DNA of 64,000 nucleotides from Emiliania huxleyi CCMP1516 (Eukaryota), in contig NW_005201732.1 of the NCBI RefSeq assembly GCF_000372725.1, positions 62,001 through 126,000 on the forward strand, read 5' to 3'. Shown in pieces: positions 11,925 to 22,519 of the stretch. Made by a program: the position numbers and the translations under genes. The notes beneath the pieces were generated by a model. The model made no database searches. It was not told the DNA's origin and saw only the letters and a list, made by a program, of their open reading frames with translations. The stretch's first letter is position 1. Each line of letters starts with the position of its first letter.

Positions 11925-12335
11925 TCATATGTCAGGGGGGTCACAACTACCGAGTCCCTCGACTAGCTGCCACGTTGCCGACCGAGAGCGGATCTCCTCC
12001 TGCTCCGCAAGGAGGGTGGCCAAGGCTAAAGTCTTGCCGGAGCCGCCGGGCGCGTTGACGACTTGGAGAAGGTCGCCCTTGTACTTGCACTTGTAGAGAT
12101 GCTCGAGGGGGTGCTTTGTGGGGCGGTGCGCAGCCAGGCCAGCAGTGAGGGGAGGCGCACCCTCACTCTCCTCGGTTGCAGAGCTCGTCGGAGGCTGCGG
12201 CACGACGGGAGGGTCGCGATAGCAGTCCTCGGGCGAGCCGACGCGCATGTCCAACCAGCGCTGGGACTCGTTGTGACGGCAGACGCCGGCTGCCTCTCCA
12301 ACCGCTTCTGCAGCGTCCTTCTTTGCCCGGTGCAT
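11925..12335 (-). pseudogene. P-loop helicase fragment (Pif1/Helitron-like Walker A)
   Basis: VVNAPGGSGKTLALATLL resembles the Helitron DAPGGTGKT motif. The ORF ends about 30 codons later with no further helicase motifs. Confidence 0.35.
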
Positions 12336-12743
12336 GGGCTCGATCCGATTCCGCAGCGTGTCGTCCCCAGCGGCGGTGCTGCGCGGGAGGCGGCCGCGGG
12401 CACGCTGGGCTCGATCAGCGGCTTTCCCTTAGTTGCTCCGAAAGCACGGATTTGGCGGACGTTCCGGGTTTCAATTTTACGGATATCTTGGCACCAGCTG
12501 AAGGCTTGCGCCCGTCCACGGCTCACATCACGCAGTTCGTGCACGGTATTCGGATTTTGCTATTTGCTCGTGTGGGGGTATATTGCAGATTTGTCAATGG
12601 TACCGCGCCTGCGACGCGGGCGCCTTGCGGGCAGAGCCCTTAGCCACCCTTCATATCTTGCGCGGTCATTATAAGACGCCCTACGTTTCACTGTAACTGA
12701 TACATGTACTTTGTGCGGGATTCGAACTCGAGACCCAATGCAG

Positions 12744-12855
12744 TTTTGCGACCGGTGTATCAGTCGCCTTATATGCCACCGTTGCATATCCGGATATGCA
12801 ACGGTGGCATGGATATGCAACGGTGGCATAAGGCGACTGATACACCGTCGCAAAA
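12744..12855. repeat. Near-perfect ~110-bp palindrome
   Basis: TTTTGCGACCGGTGTATCAGTCGCCTTATATGCCACCGTTGCATATCC followed by its reverse complement, with a 19-nt tandem duplication in the right arm. Confidence 0.9.
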
Positions 12856-14142
12856 AAGAGGAGTGACTCTTGCTCAAAGTAAGTGCACAAAGCTCAAAGC
12901 ACAAAGGGTGGCGCGATTTCGGGCTTGGTGTCCCTCGGCGGCAACTCTGCATTTCTCAGCGGCTATACGAAGCCGGCTCGGCTGTCGGATACCTCTGTGT
13001 CAAATGGGTGCGCATGCTCGTGAAGTCACCTCAGAGTCGCGCCTTAGCTTTGCTATGGTGCCAACATTGATGGTACTCACCACTCGTCAACAACGACCCG
13101 CTGTTGGTTACGCACGGCATCGCGGCAGGTGGCAAGGTCGCTTCACTGATTGTCAAGGTCGCTTCACTGATTGCAACAGACGGTTCCGTGCTCGTGGTTG
13201 CGTCCCCGCTTGCTACAAACTTGCTCCTTGGCCGCTGCCAACAAGGGCCCGGCGCCGCCGATTACTGGGGGCAAGGGCAAGGGCAAGGGCAAGGGGCGCG
13301 GGTAAGCGAAAAGTCGGGGTAATCCATCGCGATCGAGCCCGAGACCTTCTCTTCGACCTTCTCGCGGGACCGTGACCTTCTCGGGAGAGCGATACAACCG
13401 GTGGCCATACAACATGTCACACGAGGTCGAACGATGTTCCCGCGTCGTTCCTTTCTTCAGATGTCTGTGTTAGTGTGTAGATCTCGCGATGGTTGCAACT
13501 GAAAAGACCTCCAAGCCATGGGAGCCCCCCCCCTACTCTTTGCGCCCGAGATCACAGTGGGAGTCAGAAATGTGGTCCTTGCGCGAGGGGAGCTAGATAA
13601 ACTCGAGGGGCCAAATTATGCCGCGAGGAGGGCGGAGTTACGTAGAGAGGCGAGAGAAGCAGCGAGAGCAAGGCAGACGGCAGCGGCGTCTCAGAACGAG
13701 GCCGAGGAGAGCGATGAGTCAGAGGATGAAACAGCAGGAGAGAGAACGAGGACGAGAGTGGGAAGAACGCGAGGTGGCATGAAGGTTGCTGCGAGAATTG
13801 GTGAGAAACTGCGAAGAGAGATAGGAAGTGGTAGACGCCCGAGGGTGGGCGACGGCTAGCAGACCGCACTCTCCTCTCTCGTCTTCTCTCCTTAAATCCC
13901 CTTCTTTTTTTATATTCGTTTGGTTTGTCTGTTTTCTGTTACTTTCTCTTTCTTAAAGAACCCTTTTTTCCAGTGTATGTGGCTCTTACTAACATACCCG
14001 AGTTTTTCTAAGCACTAATACCGCGAAGCGAAGATAAAAAAGAAATTCGGCGTCCAAGAATTCATTGTCCCGCATCCTCTACAAAGACCTAAAGTCCTTA
14101 CCCCGCCGAGACCGTACCCAGGCTTTCATCGTAAGAGACCTC

Positions 14143-14733
14143 CTAGGATGGCAGTAGCCGCATGCGCACCAACCGCTCCATCAGCTCGGGCAGGTCGGCT
14201 GTAGCGCTCGGCCGGACCTTGCGCCAACCAACGACGCGTTCGCACAGCCTCCACGCCCACCGCTGCGAGGACCACCGCGTGGCGTCGGCCCATGTTGCCA
14301 ACGTGCCGCCTGCTGCGGCCGCGACGGCTTGTGCGCGCTCGTAGCCGGCTGCATGCTCGTCGTCGCCACTTTCGAAGACCAGCACAGCCGCACGGCGAAA
14401 GCCATGGATTGCGTACACGGGGAAGGCGTGCGTCGCAGTCTGGTAGCACCGCAGCAGCTTTGTGCGGCTGTCATCCTCCGCACTCAAGCCATCAACGCAC
14501 ACCATGGGAGGCCAGATTATCTGCAGCAGATCTTGGCTCGACCCTGCCTGGGACACCCCCGTCGTGGCCATCGCGTGCACCATCTCCGACTCGCTTCCGA
14601 TGGCGGCGAGGTGAGCCTCGTTCGCCGAGGCCCGTTTTCGATGCTTTATGCTGAGGGCCGCAGTGCCTGGCTTTTTGATTCTGCGCTTCCGCTCGATATC
14701 CGCAGCCTTGCCTTGTTTGCGCTTTCGTGCCAT
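14143..14733 (-). CDS. XS-domain (SGS3-like) protein, intronless, basic N-terminus
   Basis: IIWPPMVCV...YAIHGFRRAAVLVFES...AGYERA parallels SGS3 XS IVWPPMV...YGPQGHRGMSVLMFES...GYLEA. Confidence 0.6.
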   Translation of the reverse strand: MARKRKQGKAADIERKRRIKKPGTAALSIKHRKRASANEAHLAAIGSESEMVHAMATTGVSQAGSSQDLLQIIWPPMVCVDGLSAEDDSRTKLLRCYQTATHAFPVYAIHGFRRAAVLVFESGDDEHAAGYERAQAVAAAAGGTLATWADATRWSSQRWAWRLCERVVGWRKVRPSATADLPELMERLVRMRLLPS

Positions 14734-15243
14734 CGACTGCGCTGGTGTAAGATCGGCCGCCTCCGCTCGACCCTGCCACACCACGCCGAGGCCCACGCGC
14801 GCACGTCGGGGATACTCGCGCGTGTATCCTCCCGCTGTGGACGCGTGTATCCTCCGCTCGACCCTCCCGCTGTGGACGCGTGTGGCGGTCCGCGTACGCG
14901 GCAGCAACTCCCAACCAGCCGTCCCCCCCCTAAAGCAAAGGAGAAACGAGCGCTCAGACGGACCTGCGCTCCCTCGTGTGCCTGCCGGGTTCTCTCCTGC
15001 TTTCTGGCGCATCCCACCGTCCACCCCATGCGCCACCTGTGTCCTGTTTGCATTTTTTGTGTGCCGCCACGCCCGAAGCCCTGGGCTTCCGGGTTCCGGC
15101 CTCTGCGTGCGGCGATTCTTTCATGAGGCCCTCAATAGATCAATTTATGAAGGCAAAACAATGCAGAAACGATGTCGGAGAAAAGAAACTTCAAACCCAA
15201 CCCGAGGTCTGCCTCCCGCCTCCTGGCCTCCCGACTGCCACCC

Positions 15244-17035
15244 ATGACTCCCGACCTCTGCTTCGAGCCCTCCGACTCGCTCCCGCCTAGCCGTTACGTG
15301 CTGCTCGTGTCCGGCACGATGAGCCCTCCGCACGTTGGTCACGTGCGCCTTGGCCTGTCCGCGGCCGCCGCGCTGCGAGCCGACGGCCACTCGGTCGACG
15401 CCATCTGCTTCCTTCCAGTCCACGACAACTACCTCTGCAACAAGGCGCGATGCGCCTCGCAAGCCGCTGCCCGCCGTCATCGTCGCCACATCCATGTCGT
15501 TGCCATCGCCCACAGGTGGCCGCCAAGTGCTCGTCCGGCGCGAGCGGTGCCGACCTGCTGGCCTTCCCGATGTGCGACCGCTGCCTTCTGCTGCGGGCGC
15601 TACTGGCGCGCGAGGCAGCCGGCGAGCTGCTCTCGCGCTGCCACGTCCTCGAGTACGAGCACTCGTGCGGCGGTTCCCTCCTCGAGCCATCGCCCGGCTA
15701 CTGGGTGCCGCTCCCGCCCGTCCGCGGGGCCGCCCGCCCGCCCGCCCGCCCGCCCGCACCGTCTCCGGGGGCCCGCCGCCCGCACCGCCGCCGCNNNNNN
15801 NNNNNNNNNNNNNNNNNNNNNNNNNNNNNNNNNNNNNNNNNNNNNNNNNNNNNNNNNNNNNNNNNNNNNNNNNNNNNNNNNNNNNNNNNNNNNNACGTCC
15901 GCCCTCGCCGCCACCCAAACCGCCACCGCCACCTCGCCTTCGCCCTCGCCGTGTCTCGTCGCCCTCGCACGGCAGGCCGACTCCCATTTTGTATTGAGTT
16001 GTTTGGTCTTGCATCACATCCGACAGGCATGGCCTCGTGGAACGCGCCGGAGAAGCTGCTGCAGCAGACCGACCTGGTGCTGCTCGGGCGCGGAACGGGC
16101 TCGGTGCAGGCGCGCGCGCGGGCGAGAGACGCAGAGAAGCCCTTCCCCCCGGGAAGCTTCCCAGACATGTCCTCGCCGCGCCTCGGACCAGGTGGGCGAG
16201 GCGCCCTCCGCGCTCCTCAGCGCGCTGCGCCGGCTCGAGGTCGCGCGCGCCGCCTCCATGAGCCCTCTTTGAACCATCCCCTCTCTGAGCCATCCCCGAA
16301 CCTTCCCTGCGCCCGACCTCGAGGTGCGCGCCCCGCTACCCGTGCTCAGCGGCAGGCGCGAGCTGCTCGGTGGCTCGAGCGGCAGCTTTGTCCGCCGCGC
16401 CGCCACAGGCGAGGGCTGCCCTCCTCCTCCCCCTGGCCCTGCCCTCCTCCTCCCGCCGCCCGCCGACGGCACGTCCACGACACGCCCCCGCGGCACGTGC
16501 CGTCAGGCGAGGGCACACTCTTCTTGCTGCCCGCGCTCGAGGGGGGCGACGAGGCGCGGCATCCCCGCCGCCCTCCTCCCTCCTCCTCCCTCCTCCCCGT
16601 CCCTCCTCCCTCCTCCCCGTCCCTCCTCCCTCCCGCAGCCCACGGGGGCGGCCGCTCTGCCATCTCCTTGCTGCCCCATCTCTCTTCCGAGTCGCCGCGG
16701 CTGCACCGACCCTCCTCTGCCACACTCCTCTGCGCGCCACACTCCTCTGCACTCCTCTGCACCCCTCTGCGCAGGACCTCAGCTCGACGGCCGTCCGAGA
16801 GGCCCTCGCGGCGGGGGAGAGCGCGAACGGCGGCGGCGGCGGCGCTGCTGCGGGCGGCGGGTGCGGGGGGAGGGAGGCGCCCGACGAGACGCTACGCCGG
16901 CACGGCTACCCGGCGGGGGACGCTTGCGTCGAGACGCTCCGCCGGGTAGTCGCGGCGGGGGCGGGGGCGGTCGAGGCGATGCGCGCCGAGGGGAAGGGGC
17001 GCGGTGAGTGGCTCCGCCCCGACGACACGCGCTGA
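15244..17035 (+). CDS. NMN/NaMN adenylyltransferase-like (HxGH nucleotidyltransferase), multi-exon, spans an assembly gap
   Basis: SGTMSPPHVGH, LPVHDNY and C-terminal DLSSTAVR. Confidence 0.7.
15795..15894. other. Assembly gap (100 N)
   Basis: Run of N. Confidence 1.
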
Positions 17036-17276
17036 TGAGGCTTGAGGGATATACTCACTGGCGAGGAGTCGCCAGCCGTCTTGGTTGCGGCGATTTGCTC
17101 GCGTATATTGTCTATTGACATCTCTTCAGCTCTCACAAAAAGAAGGACCCGGCGCGCGGCGGCCGGCGCGCGGCGGCTTCAGAGCCAGAAAGCGGTCAGA
17201 AGAAAACGCGCACCGCGCCGCCGCGTCTTTGAGAGCATCAGGACCCGAAGGCGGCCGACTTCGGCACCTCCGAAAA

Positions 17277-20200
17277 ATGTCGTCTGACTTTGCAAACCCT
17301 GGCTCTAAGCCTGGACTCGAGATCTGGCGTATCGAGAGTCTGGCTGCCGTGCCGCTGCCCGCCAAGGATTTCGGAACGTTCTATGATGGCGATTCGTACC
17401 TTGTGCTCAAGACGACCGAGACCACGGGCGGCAAATACGTGTACGACCTCTTCTTCTGGCTCGGCAGCGAGTCGAGCCAGGACGAGCAGGGCGCCGCCGC
17501 CTACAAGGCCGTCGAGCTCGATGACCTTCTTGGCGGCGCGCCTGTGCAGGTCCGCCTCGGCCCATAATGCTTCGGCCTCAAGCCGCTCCCTTGTTGCCCA
17601 CACCGGCGATCGCACCGCTGCCGCCTCAACTCTCGCCGCCGCTGTCGCCCTCTTACGGGCCACCGCCCTCACCCTCGCCCGCCTCTCCCTCTCTCCCTCC
17701 TCCAGCCTCACGCCCCTCCTCTCTCTGCCCGGCCGCAGCACCGAGAGGTGCAGGACTGCGAGTCGGACTCGTTCCTCGGATGCTTCAAGAAGATCTCGTA
17801 CGAGAAGGGCGGAGTCAAGTCCGGCTTCCGAAAGGCAGCCTCTCTCACCGCCGCCGCACCGCCTCGTCCACCGCCAACGCCGCCACCCTGGGCGCCACTG
17901 GCCACCGCCAGCGCCGCCGCCGCCGCCGCTCCCTCCCCTAGCCGCCACTGCCGCCTCCTAACGCCTCGCGGCGACGCAGGTGGAGCGGGACGTGTACGAG
18001 ACGCGCTTGCTGCACGTCAAGGGCACGACGGTCGCCCTCGCAGGCGATGCCTGTGGCGCAGCGCCGTGACGCTCTCTCTTTGCTCTTGCGCGTAGGCTCG
18101 CGTACCGTGCGCATCAAGCCGGTCGCCATCGACCACACGACCCTCAACGCAGGCGCCTCCTTGGAGATGGAGAGCGGTGCCCCGAGAGTGCGTCGAGGTG
18201 TGGAGCCGGTCACCACTCGCTCCCTCCTCGAGCGCAGGCGACGTCTTCGTCCTCGACGCCGGACTGTCCATCTACCTGTGGAACGGCTCCGGAGCATCGC
18301 ACAAGGAGAAAGCCAAGGGTCTCGAGGCGCGCCCCCCGCCCCCCCGCCCCTCAACGCTTGGCACGCTGCCTCTGCCTCCCTCTCTCACCGCCTCCCCCTC
18401 TCCCCGCCGCCTCGCAGGTCGCCCTCGCCATCAAGGACGACGAGCGCGGCGGCCGCGCCAAGCTGACGGCGTGCGACCAAGGCGCGTGCGCCGCCCGACG
18501 AGGCGCTCGGCAGCACTCCCTGGTGAGGGCGGCCGGTCGCTGCTTGTGTCAGGCGCCGAGGAGGCCGCCTTTTGGGAGGCGCTCGGCGGGCAGGGGCCGG
18601 TGGCGGCGGCGACACCGGACGACTCGCCGACCGGAAGCTCCAAGGGAGCGCTCAAGCTGGTGCACGAGATCGCGCGAGATCGACGCGTCCGGAGCACCCG
18701 GGAGTGTGCGAGTGTACGGGTGTACGGGTTTGCTCTAGGTGCGGGTGTCGGACGCCTCCGGCTCGCTCAGCACGACCGAGGTTGCGTGCGGCGACACGCT
18801 CGAGCGGTCGATGCTCGACTCGAAGGACGTCTTCATCGTGGACAACGAGGCGGCCGCTTCTCTCCCCGCACCTCCTCCCCCCACACTCGAGCCCCCCCGC
18901 CCCTCACCCCCCCTCACCCTCACCCTCTCACCCTCCCCCTCTCCCCCTCCCCCTCACCGCCCAGGCGGAGGTCTTTGTGTGGGTTGGCAAGGAGGCGACG
19001 GCGGACGAGAAGAAGGGCGGCATGGAGACGGGAGTCAAGTACACCGCAGGCCGGCCCAAGGGCGTGCGCGTCACAAAGGTGAGCGAGGGGGCGGAGCCCG
19101 CGCTCTTCAAGTCGCTCTTCAAGTCGTGGAAGCCCCCCGCCACGCCGGCCGACTTCTCGATGGTCGGCCGCAGCGGCAACGTCGCGCAGGCGACCGCGCA
19201 GGCCTCCGCCGCCGACCTCGCAAAGGGCATGTCGGACTGCTCCTTCGGGGAGAGCGAGGACGTGGCCGACGACGGCTCCGGCAAGACGGAGATGTTCCGC
19301 ATCGAGGACTCTCCCGCCGCGCGCCCTCGCCGCCCGGGGCAGGGAGCCCCCCTGAGGCTTCTCGGAGCCTTGCTGTATAGGACTTCGAGCCCGTACCAGT
19401 CGACCGGGCGACCTACGGGCAGTTCTTCGCCGGCGACTCGTACATCGTCAAGTACACGTACCTCTCGAGCGGACGCGAGGCGACGCTCCTCTACTTTTGG
19501 CTCGGGAAGGACTCGACGACCGACGAGCAGGGCGCGGCCGCGCTGCACGCCAAGCAGATGGACGACAACCTTGGCGGGCAGGCGACGCAGGTGCGCGTGA
19601 CGATGGGCAAGGAGCCGCCCCACTTGGTGCGGCTGTTTGGCGGCAAGCTGGTGGTGCACAGCGGCGGGCGCGCCTCGGGCTTCAAGAACAAGGGCGACGA
19701 GGACTCGTACGACGAGGATGGCGTGGCGCTCTACCACGTCAAGGGCTTCGGCGGCGCGGACAGCACGAAGGCGGCGCAGGTTGCCGAGGTGGCCACCAGC
19801 CTCAACTCTGGCGACTGCTTCGTGCTGCTCACGCCGGCGGCGGCCTTCCTGTGGGCCGGCAACGGCGCCAACGAGACGGAGAAGGCGACGGCGCAGGCGG
19901 TCTGCGGCGTCCTCAAGCAGGGCCGCAAGCTACAGGAGGTTGCCGAGGGGGGGGAGCCGGACGCATTCTGGGAGGCGCTCGGCGGGAAGGGCGAGCACCC
20001 TCTCGCCGCTCGAGGCCTCGGCCGAGACGCGTCCGTGACGCGTCCCTGACGCGTCCCCAGGCGAGTACCCTTCGAGCTCCGTCCTTCCCGAGCCGGACCG
20101 GCCCGCACGGCTCTTCCTCTGCTCGAACGCGACGGGCGCCTTCAAGGCGGGAGACGCGCGAGACTCGCCGAGATCGCTCGAGACTGCCCCGAGGCGACCC

Positions 20201-20752
20201 CAAGGCGCATCTCCCTCCAGGTGGAGCCGCTCGCGCATTTCTCGCAGTCCGACCTCGAGGAGGGGGACGTGTACCTCCTCGACGTCGGCAACGCCGTCTT
20301 CGTGTGGGTCGGGTCCGAGGCGAACGAACTCGAGAAGGGCATGGCGGCGGAGACGGCCGCGTCGTACGTGGCGTTGGAGGGGTACTCGGCCGACACGGCC
20401 GTGCTCACGGTCAAGTCGGGCTCCGAGCCGCCCATCTTCACCTCGCACTTCCTCGGCTGGGACGCGTCCCGGGTGCACAGCTCAACCTCGGCGCAATCTC
20501 GACGTGGCGACAGGCGCGTCTCTGACGCCGCCCACGGCACGCCACTCAGGCGAAGGTCTTTCTCGACCCCTACGAGGCGAAGCTGGCCAAGGCGATGGCG
20601 GAGCAGGAGGCGGCGCAGGCGGCGGAGGAGGAGGCGCGCGCAGCCTCCGCCGCCGCAAAGGCGGACGCCGTCGCGAAGGCCGAGGCCGAGCGCGCCTCCA
20701 AGGCCTCGTCGGGGGCGCCGGACGGCGACCCGTTTGAGGACGACGAGCCGGA

Positions 20753-20787
<35 letters not shown>

Positions 20788-21118
20788 AGAAGCAGCCGAC
20801 GCCAGCGGATGGAGGGTACGTCGACCTCGAGACGCTCAAGAGCAGCCCGCCGGACTACGTCGACCCGTCGCGCAAGGAGGACTACCTCTCCGACGCCGAC
20901 TTCGAGGCGGCCTTCAAGTGCTCGCGCGCCGACTTCAAGGCGCGAGATCGCGGGGCTCCCTCTGCCTCTCTGTGTCGCTCGCCCCCTCCCCCCTCTCGCG
21001 GGCAATCCCACAGCCCTGCCGGAGGCGGCACAGAGCCCCCCCCCCTTGCCCCCTCCCCCCGCAGGTGCTCAAGGGCTGGAAGCAGCAGAACCTCAAGAAG
21101 GCGTGCGGCCTCTTCTGA
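17277..21118 (+). CDS. Villin (gelsolin repeats plus headpiece), about 13 introns
   Basis: GLEIWRIE...FYDGDSY, SSQDEQGAAA, repeated LN.GDVF..D motifs, headpiece WKQQNLKKACGLF*. Confidence 0.95.
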
Positions 21119-21790
21119 GCCGGCAGCCGGCGCAGACACGCACCGCGCGAGGCTCGATTTCGAGGGGGTGTTCCTAGCTACCATCGTTCGCCCTCCTTCC
21201 ATGTCATGCGCGCGCGATTTGGTCCCGCCCCGTCGTCGCGGATTGTGTATAGCGGCCCAGGGCCGTCGATGCGTCACAAACGCACGGTCTGCGGTCTATC
21301 ACGCTGCACGCCGAGGCCCATTGACTGAGAGGTCTTTGGCGAGCTTTGAGCTTAAATGAGCGTGTGACGCACGCGTACGGGGGGACTTAAAGCCGTACTC
21401 GTGTCTCTCCTTCGCCGTTTCTCGCAGCGCTTTCTCCACCGACGTGTGTATATACATATCGAGACTAGAGAGATGATATGTGATATCCCCTATAGTAACG
21501 CCCTATACCCCTGAGGCCTACGCGCTACGCCTACGGCTTTACTGGCAACTCCAACTGGAGGCCACGTAGGGCTACCGTAGGGATGTACGGCTTTACGCCC
21601 CGTGTGTATCCGACTGCGGCTCCGTGTGTATCCGAGCGCTCACCGGGACACCGGTCACCGCTCACCGCTCAGCCTCAGGTGTCAGGACGTGTGACGTACA
21701 AAAAAAACGTCCAAGTTTCATGAGACACATGACTCTCTCAACGCCGCACATAAGATCTTTCCCCCCCAAACACAAAGAGCACAAGCATGA

Positions 21791-22519
21791 TCAGAGCGCG
21801 AGAGAGGGTGGAGTGGCGTAGGAGGATCCTCTTCTGATACAATTTGGGCGGCCAGCCTGGCCGGGGACGCGGCCCTCTTTGGCGGCGTTTGCGTGCCGCC
21901 GCTCCCGCTGCTTCTGGCTCTTGCGGCTGACGGGCTTCTCCCTGCCAACCTCGTCCTCGCCTCCTCGAGCTCCAGGGGCGTCTGCAGGCTGCTGGGCGGT
22001 TAGGAGGTGGAGGAGCGCCCACGCTCCCGCCTCATGCTGCGCCCGCTTGGGGCGGCCAGCCTGGCCGGGGACGCGGCCTGCCGCCACGGCCGCGGCGTGC
22101 CGCTGCTCCCTGCGCCGCTCGACATCGACCTTTGCTTTGGCTTTCTTCCGCCGGGCCTCCTCCTCTGCGCCCTCCTCGTCTGTGCCCTCCTGCTCCTCCC
22201 CGTCAAAAGTCTCGGAGGCTCCCGCGCCTCCCTCCGGCTGTGCCAGACGCTCGCCGCTCTTGATGAAGTTTGGGTTGCCAACCTGGCCGGGCACGCGGCC
22301 CTCTTTGACGGCTTTTGCGTGCCGCCGCTCCCGCCGCTTCTGGACCTTGCGGCTGAGGCGCTTCTTTTCGTCCTCGGGTCTCATCCTGGCCTCATCCTGG
22401 CCCGCCTCACCCTCCTCCTGCTGCTGCTCGGGCGGCGGCGCGGCGGCGACGAACTGCGCAAATGCAACGCGCTCCGAGCTGGAGAGAGCGAGGAAGGCAC
22501 GCTTTGCCTGGTCAAGCAT
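21791..22519 (-). CDS. Hypothetical basic protein with three RxxRHA...GRVPGQxGxP repeats
   Basis: Intronless ORF with an internal triplication and an AAATTCTTT element just upstream of the ATG. Confidence 0.45.
   Translation of the reverse strand: MLDQAKRAFLALSSSERVAFAQFVAAAPPPEQQQEEGEAGQDEARMRPEDEKKRLSRKVQKRRERRHAKAVKEGRVPGQVGNPNFIKSGERLAQPEGGAGASETFDGEEQEGTDEEGAEEEARRKKAKAKVDVERRREQRHAAAVAAGRVPGQAGRPKRAQHEAGAWALLHLLTAQQPADAPGARGGEDEVGREKPVSRKSQKQRERRHANAAKEGRVPGQAGRPNCIRRGSSYATPPSLAL

Noticed and set aside
12710..12900. Functional tRNA gene
   Set aside because: Only a B-box-like segment is present, the T-stem is mismatched and there is no D or anticodon arm.
13102..13414. Solo LTR (TGTTG...CAACA)
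   Set aside because: Flanking 5-mers (CCCGC and TGTCA) do not match, and no PBS or PPT is recognisable.
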